From Bacillota bacterium (GTDB taxonomy: Bacteria > Bacillota > Dethiobacteria > DTU022), in contig JAAZIN010000098.1 in the NCBI GenBank assembly GCA_012800855.1, positions 1 to 63,019 of the forward strand: a stretch of 63,019 nt of DNA, written 5' to 3'. The position numbers and the translations under genes are program-made. The first letter of the stretch is position 1. Every line of letters begins with the position of its first letter. The notes beneath the pieces were generated by a model. The model was not told where the DNA came from. It saw only the letters and a program-made list of their open reading frames with translations, and ran no database searches. Of this stretch, positions 19,597 to 28,053 are shown piece after piece.

Positions 19597-19605
19597 TGCT
19601 ATAAT
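19597..19605 (+). promoter_or_regulatory. extended -10 promoter (TGcTATAAT) upstream of secD
   Basis: TGCTATAAT lies ~35 nt upstream of the secD start. Confidence 0.4.
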
Positions 19606-19638
19606 AGAACAGGCAAGCTTACGATCACAGATGGGAAG

Positions 19639-20937
19639 GTGGTCACCTTGGGGTTAAAGCGGAAAGTTAAACCGGGCCTGGTGATTTCTTTTGTCATCGT
19701 CTGCCTGCTGCTGGCGGGCTCGGCCTTTGTGGTGACCCAGATCGCTTTGGGGACAGAGCTGGGCAGGAAGATGACGGCCTGGACCGGCAAGGAGAACATG
19801 GGGATCAAGCGGGGGCTCGATATTGCCGGCGGGCTCTACGTGCTCCTGGAGGCGGTGGAGACGGGCGAGGCGGAGGTTGACGCCGACGCCATCGAGCGAG
19901 CCGCGGCAGTGATCCGCATGCGCGTGGACGAGCTGGGCGTGGCCGAGCCGGTGATCGTGACGCAGGGCAGCAAGCGCATCCGCATCGAGCTGCCCGATAT
20001 CGAGAACCCGGAGGAGGCCCGCGAGATCATCGGGCGCACTGCCAGGCTCTCCTTCATCGGGCCTGATGCCAAGGAGATCCTCACCGGGGCCAACCTGGTC
20101 CGTGCCCAGGCCATGCGCGATCCCAGCGGCAGGGATCCCTATCCCTTTGTCTCCCTGGAATTCGACGATGAGGGAACGCGCAAATTTGCCGAGGCGACAG
20201 GCAAGTTTCTCGGCCAGCCCATTGCCATTCTCCTCGACGACGAGGTCATCTCTGCGCCCGTGGTGCAGAGCGTGATCACCGACGGCAAGGCCCGCATCAC
20301 CGGCCAGTTTACCTTCGAGGAGGCGGCCAAGCTGGCTCTGCTGCTGCGCAGCGGCTCCCTGCCGGTGGAGCTGCGCGAGCTGGAGTCTCGCCTCGTGGGG
20401 CCCACCCTGGGGCAGGAGACGATGAAGATCAGCATTTATGCCGGCGCCGCCGGCCTGGCGGCGGTACTGCTGTTCATGATTCTTTTCTACCGCTTTGCCG
20501 GCTTCATCTCCGGCGTGGCCCTGCTGTTCTACCTCACGCTGGTCCTGGGGGCGCTGACGCTGCTGCCGACAACGCTGACCCTCCCCGGCATAGCCGGCCT
20601 CATTCTCTCCATCGGCATGGCTGTGGACGCCAACGTGATTATCTTTGAGCGCATCAAGGACGAGCTGCGCGCCGGGCGCACCGTCCGCAGCGCCATGGAA
20701 GGCGGCTTCAGGCATGCTTTCCGCACCATTCTCGACTCCAACGTGACGACGATTATCGCCACCGTGGTTCTCTTCGCCCTGGCCAGCGGCCCGGTGCGCG
20801 GTTTTGCCGTCACCCTCTTCATCGGGGTCATCTGCAGCATGTTTACCGCGATTACGCTGACGCGCGGCCTGATGCGCCTCGCCTACCGGGCCGGGCTGAT
20901 GCAGAGCGGACGCTACGTGGGGGTGAAAACAGCATGA
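19639..20937 (+). CDS. secD: protein translocase subunit SecD
   Basis: 432-aa ORF with an N-terminal TM helix, a periplasmic-type domain and six C-terminal TM helices carrying the SecD/F signature (IAGLILSIGMAVDANVIIFERI). Confidence 0.9.
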   Translation: MVTLGLKRKVKPGLVISFVIVCLLLAGSAFVVTQIALGTELGRKMTAWTGKENMGIKRGLDIAGGLYVLLEAVETGEAEVDADAIERAAAVIRMRVDELGVAEPVIVTQGSKRIRIELPDIENPEEAREIIGRTARLSFIGPDAKEILTGANLVRAQAMRDPSGRDPYPFVSLEFDDEGTRKFAEATGKFLGQPIAILLDDEVISAPVVQSVITDGKARITGQFTFEEAAKLALLLRSGSLPVELRELESRLVGPTLGQETMKISIYAGAAGLAAVLLFMILFYRFAGFISGVALLFYLTLVLGALTLLPTTLTLPGIAGLILSIGMAVDANVIIFERIKDELRAGRTVRSAMEGGFRHAFRTILDSNVTTIIATVVLFALASGPVRGFAVTLFIGVICSMFTAITLTRGLMRLAYRAGLMQSGRYVGVKTA

Positions 20938-21857
20938 TGGGCTACATTCGCCGCCGCCGGATACCTTATATTCTATCGCTGCTTGTCATTCTCGCGGGGG
21001 TGATCTCTCTCATTGTCTCCGGCCTGAACCTGGGGATCGATTTCACCGGGGGGACCATCTTCCATGTCAACCTGGCCGAGGAGTTTACCCTGGACGAGGT
21101 AAAGGAGTTGACGGACAGCATCCCCGAGCTGGAGGGCGCCGCATTGCAGCTGGTGCAGGGGCGCGACGTGCAGGGACGGGTGACCACCGAAGGGGTGGTC
21201 ATCAAGACCTCCTACGTGGAAGAGGAGCGCCGCAGTGCCATCCTGAAAGCTTTCCGGGAGCGCTTTCCATCGCTGGGCACGGACGACCTGCGCGTGGAGA
21301 GCGTCGGCGGGGTGATCAGCAGCGAGCTGGCCCGCCAGTCCCTTATTGCCCTGGTCGTGGCCATAGCCGGGATGATCGCCTACATCACCATCCGCTTCGA
21401 GTTCAAGTTTGCCCTGGCGGCGATCATACCGCTGCTGCATGATATCTTCGTCGTCGTGGCCATCTTTTCCCTCTTTCAAATCGAGGCCAACAGTCCCTTT
21501 ATCGCCGCTCTGCTAACCATATTCGGCTACTCGGTGAACAATACCATCGTCATCTTTGACCGCATCCGGGAGAACCTGGGTAGGAAGAAGAGGGAGGAGT
21601 ATGCCGCGGTGGCGGATCAGAGCATCCGGCAGAGCCTCATCCGCACCATCAACACTTCTTTGACCACGCTGCTGACGCTGCTGGCGCTGCTGGTGGGATT
21701 CTACTATTTCATCGGCAGCTCCGATCTCATTGCCTTCGTCACTGCCCTCATTATTGGCGTGCTGGTAGGGACTTATTCGTCCATATTTATCTCCGCGCCG
21801 TTCTGGTGGGACCTGACGGAGCTGGCCTCGCGGCGGGTCCGGCGCCGCCCGGCCTGA
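20934..21857 (+). CDS. secF: protein translocase subunit SecF
   Basis: The start overlaps the secD stop by 4 nt. SecF motifs GIDFTGGT and GYSVNNTIVIFDRIRE are present. Confidence 0.9.
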   Translation: MMGYIRRRRIPYILSLLVILAGVISLIVSGLNLGIDFTGGTIFHVNLAEEFTLDEVKELTDSIPELEGAALQLVQGRDVQGRVTTEGVVIKTSYVEEERRSAILKAFRERFPSLGTDDLRVESVGGVISSELARQSLIALVVAIAGMIAYITIRFEFKFALAAIIPLLHDIFVVVAIFSLFQIEANSPFIAALLTIFGYSVNNTIVIFDRIRENLGRKKREEYAAVADQSIRQSLIRTINTSLTTLLTLLALLVGFYYFIGSSDLIAFVTALIIGVLVGTYSSIFISAPFWWDLTELASRRVRRRPA

Positions 21858-21924
21858 GGCGGCGCCCCCGCCGGCGGGGAAAGGCCCCGCCATGGCGCGC
21901 CGGGCTCAAGGGAGGGATTTATCA

Positions 21925-22353
21925 ATGGGCTCATGGTTGATTGTCCTGGCGCTTCTTTTCAGCCTCCTCATTGCCATCTTTGCCGCGGCCAATTACCAGC
22001 CCGTGAGCGTGAACTATCTTTTTGGCGAGGTGCAGCTGCCGCTCATCGTCCTCATCATCGGGGCCGCCGCGGCCGGCGCCCTGGTAACGGTGCTGATCGG
22101 CCTCTACGGCAGCATCCGCACCGCCCTGCAGCTGCGCAGCGGCAGGAAGCGGCAGGAGGAACTGCAGCGCCGCCTGGAAAGGCTGGAGCAGGAGAAGGCC
22201 TCCCTGCAGCAAGAGCTGGAGCGCCTGCAGGCGCCGGCCGAGCCGGGAGAGGCGGCTGAAGCCGCGGCGGCGCTGGAAGAATCCGCCGTGCCGGAGGCAG
22301 CGGCAGCGGCGGAGGCGGCAGAAGAGGAGGGAGGGGGAGAGTCCCTGCAATGA
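21925..22353 (+). CDS. LapA-like (DUF1049) membrane protein with a coiled-coil and an acidic Ala-rich tail
   Basis: Two N-terminal TM helices, then the coiled coil RKRQEELQRRLERLEQEKASLQQELERLQ. The start is set at ATG 21925 with an AGGGAGG RBS. Confidence 0.6.
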   Translation: MGSWLIVLALLFSLLIAIFAAANYQPVSVNYLFGEVQLPLIVLIIGAAAAGALVTVLIGLYGSIRTALQLRSGRKRQEELQRRLERLEQEKASLQQELERLQAPAEPGEAAEAAAALEESAVPEAAAAAEAAEEEGGGESLQ

Positions 22354-24794
22354 GCCTTGCGCAAAAGCGCTGGGGTGACCCCCTTCCCGCAGCCTCGGCG
22401 GAAGCCGCGGCCCTGGCGGAGGAACTGGGCATCCTGCCCGCCCTGGCCCGCGTCCTGCTCCGCCGCGGCATCAAAAGCGCAGGCGCTGCCCGCGCTTTTC
22501 TTTATCCCTCGCAGGAGCAGCTCCACTCTCCCTGGCTGATGAAGGGGATGGAAGCGGCGGTGGAGCGGATCTGCGCCGCCCTGGAGCGGGGCGAGAAAAT
22601 CGTGGTGCACGGCGACTATGACGTCGACGGCATCACCGCCGCGGCGCTCCTGGTGGAGGCCTTGCGGGAGCTTGGCGCCGCCGCCGTCGACTTCTTCCTG
22701 CCCAGCCGCTTCCGCGAGGGCTACGGGCTGCACCGGGAGGCGCTGGAGCAGATTGCCGCAGGGGGAGCCCGCCTGGTCATCACCGTGGATTGCGGCATCA
22801 ATGCCGCCGCCGAGATAGCTTGCGCCCGCAGCCTGGGCCTGGACCTGGTGGTCACCGATCACCACCAGCCCTTTGGAGAACTCCAGGGAGCCGCGGCGGT
22901 GCTGAATCCGCTGCAGAAAGGCTGTCCCTATCCCTTCAAGGAGCTTTCTGGGGCGGGGATCGCCTTTAAACTGGCCTGCGCGCTCATGGAGCGGGCGGGG
23001 GCGCCTTTCCCCGCCGACCTGCTGGACCTGGCCGCCCTGGGCACCGCCGCCGACGTGGTGCCCCTGCTGGGGGAGAACCGCGTGCTTGTGGCCTGCGGCC
23101 TGGAGCAGCTGCGGCGGGCGCCTCGCTTGGGGCTGCTGGCGCTGGCCCGCGCCGCCGGCCTGGCGCAGGAGCACATTAGCAGCTACGCGCTGGCCTTCAT
23201 CCTGGCCCCGCCTCTCAATGCCGCCGGCCGCCTTGGCGAAGCCGACCCGGCCCTGGCCCTGCTCCTGGAGCGGGAGGAGGCGGAGGCGGAGCGGCTGGCC
23301 CTCCTTCTCCACCGCACCAACCGGCAGCGCCGCGAGGTGGAGATGCAGATCCTGGAGGAAGCCGAGGCCATGCTGGCCGCGGATCGCCGCGCCGCCGGGG
23401 AGAAGGTTATTGTTCTTGCCGGGGAGGGCTGGCCGCACGGGGTCATCGGCATTGTCGCTTCGCGGCTGGTTGAACGCCATTGCCGCCCCGCTGTCCTCGT
23501 GGCCCTGGAAGGCGATGAGGGGCGCGGCTCGGCGCGCAGCATTCCCGGTTTTGATATCACCGCCGCCCTGGACCGCTGCGCCTCCCTGCTGGAGCGCTTT
23601 GGCGGCCATGCCGCTGCGGCCGGCTTTACCATCGCCCCCGCGCGGGTGGGCGAGCTGCGGGAGGCGCTGAACCGCTACGCTGCGCCCCTTTTGCCGGAGG
23701 AAAAGCTGCGCCCCTTCCTCGAACTGGACACCCTCCTGGAGCCGCATGAGATCAGCCTCGAGCTGGCCCGGCAGCTGCAGCTGCTGGAACCCTTCGGGAC
23801 GGGCAATCCCCGGCCCCTCTTCTGCAGCGCCGGCTGGGAGCTCAAGTCCTGGCGCCTTGTGGGAGAGACGCAGGAGCATCTGAAATTAAACCTGGCCTGT
23901 GGCGAGTACAGGGCCGATCCCATCTTCTTCAGGGGAGCGCCGCTGGCCTCCGCCCTGGGCCGCGGGCGGCGCTTCGACCTGGCTTTTTCCCTCCGCGAGG
24001 GGAGCTATCTTGGCCAGCCCGTGGCGGAGATGGTGCTGAAGGATCTGCGCAGCGCCGACAGCGGCAGCTGCGGCCGGGTTACCGTCATCGACCGGCGCGG
24101 CGCCGCCGACCGCCGGACCCTGCTGAAGAAAATTCTAAGCTCCGTGGAGGGGGAGCCGGCGGCCGTCTTTGCCGGCACGGGAAGCCGCGCGGCGGCGCTG
24201 AAGCGGCTCCTGCCCCCGCCGGCGGTGCAGAGGGTTGCTTTTCTCAGCAGCGGCGGAGATAATTATAATGGAGAGAGGGAGGCGGCGCTCCTGGCGCGAT
24301 GCCGGGTGCTGGTGCTCTACGACCTGCCCCTCTCGGGGAAGCTGCTCGAACCCTTTTTCCAGAATTGCCCCGCCGGAGAAGCCATACATATCTGGCTGCT
24401 TTACGGTGAAAGCGACCTGGAGCGGAACCGGCTGCTGCTGGACCTGGGCCTCCCCTCGCGCAGCGCCCTGGTGGAAACCTACCGCGCCTGGTGCGAGGCG
24501 GCGTCCGGGAGCACGGGGCCGGCTTTGCCCGGACCGCCGGGCGGCAGCTTTTCCCCGGGAGCGAGCCGGAAGTTCTGGCAGCGCTGCCTGAAGATCTATG
24601 CCGAAGCGGGCCTCTGCCGCGGCGAGGCGCCCTCTCCGCCTGCCGGCGGCGTACTGGAGAGCGCTTTCGAGCACTCGCCCTCCTTCCGCAGGGCCCTGGC
24701 GCTGCGGGAAAGCTGCTGCCGCTACCAGGAGTTCCTGCTGGGCGCTTCTCCGGAAGAGCTGGCGGCACACTGGAAGGAGCTGCTGGAAAGATAG
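22350..24794 (+). CDS. recJ: single-stranded-DNA-specific exonuclease RecJ
   Basis: DHH motifs HGDYDVDGITA, VDCG, VTDHHQP, and the DHHA1 motif GGHAAAAG. The ATGA start overlaps the upstream stop. Confidence 0.9.
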   Translation: MSLAQKRWGDPLPAASAEAAALAEELGILPALARVLLRRGIKSAGAARAFLYPSQEQLHSPWLMKGMEAAVERICAALERGEKIVVHGDYDVDGITAAALLVEALRELGAAAVDFFLPSRFREGYGLHREALEQIAAGGARLVITVDCGINAAAEIACARSLGLDLVVTDHHQPFGELQGAAAVLNPLQKGCPYPFKELSGAGIAFKLACALMERAGAPFPADLLDLAALGTAADVVPLLGENRVLVACGLEQLRRAPRLGLLALARAAGLAQEHISSYALAFILAPPLNAAGRLGEADPALALLLEREEAEAERLALLLHRTNRQRREVEMQILEEAEAMLAADRRAAGEKVIVLAGEGWPHGVIGIVASRLVERHCRPAVLVALEGDEGRGSARSIPGFDITAALDRCASLLERFGGHAAAAGFTIAPARVGELREALNRYAAPLLPEEKLRPFLELDTLLEPHEISLELARQLQLLEPFGTGNPRPLFCSAGWELKSWRLVGETQEHLKLNLACGEYRADPIFFRGAPLASALGRGRRFDLAFSLREGSYLGQPVAEMVLKDLRSADSGSCGRVTVIDRRGAADRRTLLKKILSSVEGEPAAVFAGTGSRAAALKRLLPPPAVQRVAFLSSGGDNYNGEREAALLARCRVLVLYDLPLSGKLLEPFFQNCPAGEAIHIWLLYGESDLERNRLLLDLGLPSRSALVETYRAWCEAASGSTGPALPGPPGGSFSPGASRKFWQRCLKIYAEAGLCRGEAPSPPAGGVLESAFEHSPSFRRALALRESCCRYQEFLLGASPEELAAHWKELLER

Positions 24795-24886
24795 GCGGCA
24801 GGGGGCGGGCCCCTGGCGGGCCCGCCGGGAGGAGGCGGCCCCGGCCGGCGTCGGGTAAATATGATGAAAGCGGCAAGTGAACAAAG

Positions 24887-27064
24887 ATGGCGCTGGTAAA
24901 AGAGAGAAAACTGGGCGAGCTGAAAAAGCTGCTGGCGCGCCATTATCCCACGGCGGAGGACTGGGCGCTGGTGGAGAGGGCCTATGCCTTTGCCTGCCAG
25001 GCCCATGCCGGCCAGCGCCGCGAATCGGGGGAATACTTTATCACCCATCCCCTGGGTGTAGCCCTCATCCTGGCGGAGCTGGGACTCGACATGACGACCA
25101 TCATCGCCGGGCTGCTGCACGACGTGGTGGAAGATACGGCGGTAACCCTGGAGGAGATCCGCGAGAACTTCGGCGAGGAGACAGCCGCCCTCGTGGACGG
25201 CGTCACCAAGCTGAGCCGGCTTGATTTCGCCTCCCAAGAGGAGCAGCAAGCGGAGACGCTGCGGAAAATGTTCATCGCCATGGCTGAGGATATCCGCGTT
25301 GTCTTGATCAAGCTGGCCGACCGGACGCACAATATGCGCACCCTGCGCTACCTCAATGCCGAGAAGCAGAAAGAGATCGCCCGGGAGACGATGGAGATCT
25401 ACGCTCCCCTGGCGCACCGCCTGGGCATATACAAGATCAAGTGGGAGCTGGAAGACAGCGCCTTCCGCTACCTGCAGCCGGAGGCCTACTACGAGCTCGC
25501 GGAGAAGCTGGCCAAGAAGAGGCGGGAGCGGGAGCAGTTTATCAACCGCATCATCGCCATTCTCCGCGAGAGGCTGGAGGCGGTGGGGCTGAAGGCGGAG
25601 ATCAGCGGCCGCCCCAAGCACCTTTACAGCATATACCAAAAAATGAAGGAGCAGGGCAAGGAGTTCAACGAAATTTACGACCTCACTGCCATCCGCGTCA
25701 TAGTCGACACGGTCAAGGACTGCTACGGGGCCCTGGGAACGGTGCATGCCCTCTGGAAGCCCATCCCGGGGCGCTTCAAGGACTACATTGCCATGCCCAA
25801 GCCGAACATGTACCAGTCGCTGCATACGACGGTGGTGGCGGCGGAGAACGAGCTGGTGGAGGTGCAGATCCGCACCTGGGAGATGCACCGCACCGCCGAG
25901 TACGGCATCGCCGCGCACTGGCGCTACAAGGAGAAGATCACCGACGAGGGCGAGTTTGAGAAAAAGCTGGCCTGGCTGCGCCAGCTGCTGGAGTGGCAGA
26001 AGGACTACCGCGACGCCCGCGAATTCATGGAAAACCTGAAGATGGACCTCTTTACCGACGAGGTCTTTGTCTTTACGCCGCGCGGCGACGTTATCGATCT
26101 CCCCGCCGGCTCCATCCCCATCGATTTTGCCTACAAGATCCACACCGACATCGGCAACCACTGCATCGGCTCGCGGGTGAACGGGCGGCTGGTGCCCCTG
26201 GATTACGTGCTGAAAACAGGGGACATCGTGGAGATCATCACCTCCAAGCACGGCGCTCCCAGCCGGGACTGGCTGAACATGGTCAAGAGTGCCCAGGCCA
26301 AGAACAAGATCCGCAGCTGGTTCAAGCGGCAGCGGCGCGAGGAGAATATTGAAAAGGGCCGCGAGATGCTGGAGCGCGAGTACCGCCGTCTCAATGCCGA
26401 GCCGGGGCTGTTGAAAAGCGAGCTGCTCGAAGAGGTAGTCAAGAAATTCAACCTGCTCACGGTGGACGATCTCTACGCCGCGGTAGGCTACGGGGGGATT
26501 TCGCCGCAGCAGGTTATCGGCAAGCTCCGCGAGGAGTACCGCCGCCAGTGCGGCCTCAAGGAAGAGCCGCTGCCGGAGATTAAGCCGGAGCGGCGGCCTT
26601 CCGCCGCCCATCCCGGGGTGGTCATCGAGGGCGTTGACAACCTCCTGGTGCGCTTCGCCCGCTGCTGCAATCCCGTGCCCGGTGACGCCATCGCCGGCCT
26701 GGTGACGCGGGGGCGGGGGGTCTCCGTGCACCGCCGCAACTGCCCCAACCTGGCCCAGTTTAAATCAGCCAGCGGGCGGCTGCTGCAGGCCAGCTGGGAG
26801 GAGCAGGTGGATCGCTCCTACCAGGTGTCCATAGAGGTGCAGGCCCATGACCGCACCAACCTGCTGGCCGATGTCATCGCCGCACTGAGCGAAAACGGGG
26901 TCCAGATTTACGCCGTGGACGGGCGCGCCGATTCCGATCAGACGGCCGTCATCCACCTTACCATCGGGGTGCGGGATCGCTTGCAGCTGGAGCAGATCAT
27001 GAACCGGATCAAGAGAGTGAAGGACATCTACAGCGTGCGCCGCCACGTTTATGGGAAAAATTAG
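24887..27064 (+). CDS. relA: bifunctional (p)ppGpp synthetase/hydrolase RelA/SpoT
   Basis: HD hydrolase domain (HPLGVA...LHDVVEDT), synthetase domain (YQSLHTTV), then TGS and C-terminal ACT domains. Length 725 aa. Confidence 0.95.
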   Translation: MALVKERKLGELKKLLARHYPTAEDWALVERAYAFACQAHAGQRRESGEYFITHPLGVALILAELGLDMTTIIAGLLHDVVEDTAVTLEEIRENFGEETAALVDGVTKLSRLDFASQEEQQAETLRKMFIAMAEDIRVVLIKLADRTHNMRTLRYLNAEKQKEIARETMEIYAPLAHRLGIYKIKWELEDSAFRYLQPEAYYELAEKLAKKRREREQFINRIIAILRERLEAVGLKAEISGRPKHLYSIYQKMKEQGKEFNEIYDLTAIRVIVDTVKDCYGALGTVHALWKPIPGRFKDYIAMPKPNMYQSLHTTVVAAENELVEVQIRTWEMHRTAEYGIAAHWRYKEKITDEGEFEKKLAWLRQLLEWQKDYRDAREFMENLKMDLFTDEVFVFTPRGDVIDLPAGSIPIDFAYKIHTDIGNHCIGSRVNGRLVPLDYVLKTGDIVEIITSKHGAPSRDWLNMVKSAQAKNKIRSWFKRQRREENIEKGREMLEREYRRLNAEPGLLKSELLEEVVKKFNLLTVDDLYAAVGYGGISPQQVIGKLREEYRRQCGLKEEPLPEIKPERRPSAAHPGVVIEGVDNLLVRFARCCNPVPGDAIAGLVTRGRGVSVHRRNCPNLAQFKSASGRLLQASWEEQVDRSYQVSIEVQAHDRTNLLADVIAALSENGVQIYAVDGRADSDQTAVIHLTIGVRDRLQLEQIMNRIKRVKDIYSVRRHVYGKN

Positions 27065-27082
27065 ACAGGGAGGCATGTGCCC

Positions 27083-27532
27083 GTGCGAGCGGTTGTGCAG
27101 CGGGTGGAAGAGGCCCGCGTGACGGTGAAGGGGGAGGAAACGGGACGCATCGGCGCCGGACTGGTCGTTTACTTGGGCGTGGGCCGGGGCGACAGCGCCG
27201 CCGACTGCGCCTACCTTGCCGAAAAGGTTGCTGGGCTGCGTATCTTTGAGGATGAAAAGGGCCTGATGAACCTCTCCGTCAAGGATATTGGCGGGGGTGC
27301 GCTTTGCATCTCCCAGTTCACACTTTACGGCGACTGCCGCAAGGGGCGGCGCCCCAGCTTTACCGAGGCCGCCCCTCCCGAGGAGGCGGGCCTGCTCTTC
27401 GAGGAGTTTTGCGCGCAGCTGCGGCAGCGGGACGTGCCCGTGGCCACGGGCCGCTTTGGGGCGATGATGCGCATCGAGCAGGTTAACGCCGGCCCCGTGA
27501 CCATCCTCCTGGACAGCCGCAAGACATTCTAA
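27083..27532 (+). CDS. dtd: D-aminoacyl-tRNA deacylase
   Basis: RAVVQRV N-terminus, SQFTLYGD and GRRPSF motifs. GTG 27083 gives the best RBS spacing (AGGGAGG 10 nt upstream). Confidence 0.9.
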   Translation: MRAVVQRVEEARVTVKGEETGRIGAGLVVYLGVGRGDSAADCAYLAEKVAGLRIFEDEKGLMNLSVKDIGGGALCISQFTLYGDCRKGRRPSFTEAAPPEEAGLLFEEFCAQLRQRDVPVATGRFGAMMRIEQVNAGPVTILLDSRKTF

Positions 27533-27795
27533 AAGAAGCAAGAAGCCGGAAGATAGATGCAAGATATTTATCATATCAAGGGCGTTTCTTTTTCTGCCAA
27601 GTCTTGGTTACAGGTGTAGTGGTGGGGAATGCCCCGCAAGAAAACGATCGCCTGCGGAAATTGCCATGGCCGCGTGAAATTGCCGGTATCCTGCCTGCAG
27701 GCGCCTGCAGGGATTGAAATTATTGCCAGCCCGGGACTTTTCCCGCCTGGAGATAATAGATTTACAGGAACGGATCGCACAGGGGGTGTTTGGGC

Positions 27796-27978
27796 ATGGC
27801 CGGCCCGCTGAGCCGCTGGATTAACAAGCTCCTGCTGAGGCGCCGCCAGCGCGAGGAGCAGCCTTATTTTCTGGCGGAATATTTCTCTGGCGAGATTAGC
27901 GAGGATGAAGAGCTCGCCAGCAGCGAGGGACTTACGCCCGCCGAGATGGAGCGGCTGCGGCGCGAGTTCGAGGAGTAA
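27796..27978 (+). CDS. hypothetical small acidic protein (60 aa)
   Basis: ATG 27796 is preceded by an AGGGGG RBS, and the codons are GC3-rich like the neighbouring genes. The sequence has a basic amphipathic N-terminus and an acidic C-terminus. No family was recognised. Confidence 0.4.
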   Translation: MAGPLSRWINKLLLRRRQREEQPYFLAEYFSGEISEDEELASSEGLTPAEMERLRREFEE

Positions 27979-27990
27979 AGGGAAAGCCGG

Positions 27991-28020
27991 TAGACAGAGG
28001 AGCGCTAGTTGATTTATAAT
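27991..28020 (+). promoter_or_regulatory. sigma-A type promoter upstream of hisS
   Basis: TAGACA-18 nt-TATAAT, ~35 nt upstream of the TTG start. Confidence 0.4.
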
Positions 28021-28053
28021 TGTGGATAATTTTTTCGGGAAGGAGAAAGGGAA

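Noticed and set aside
27540-28053. A His-specific T-box riboswitch upstream of hisS.
   Set aside because: No GGTGGTACCGCG-type T-box sequence or AGAGA/AGTA stem I elements are present, and only the ileS leader in this window has them.
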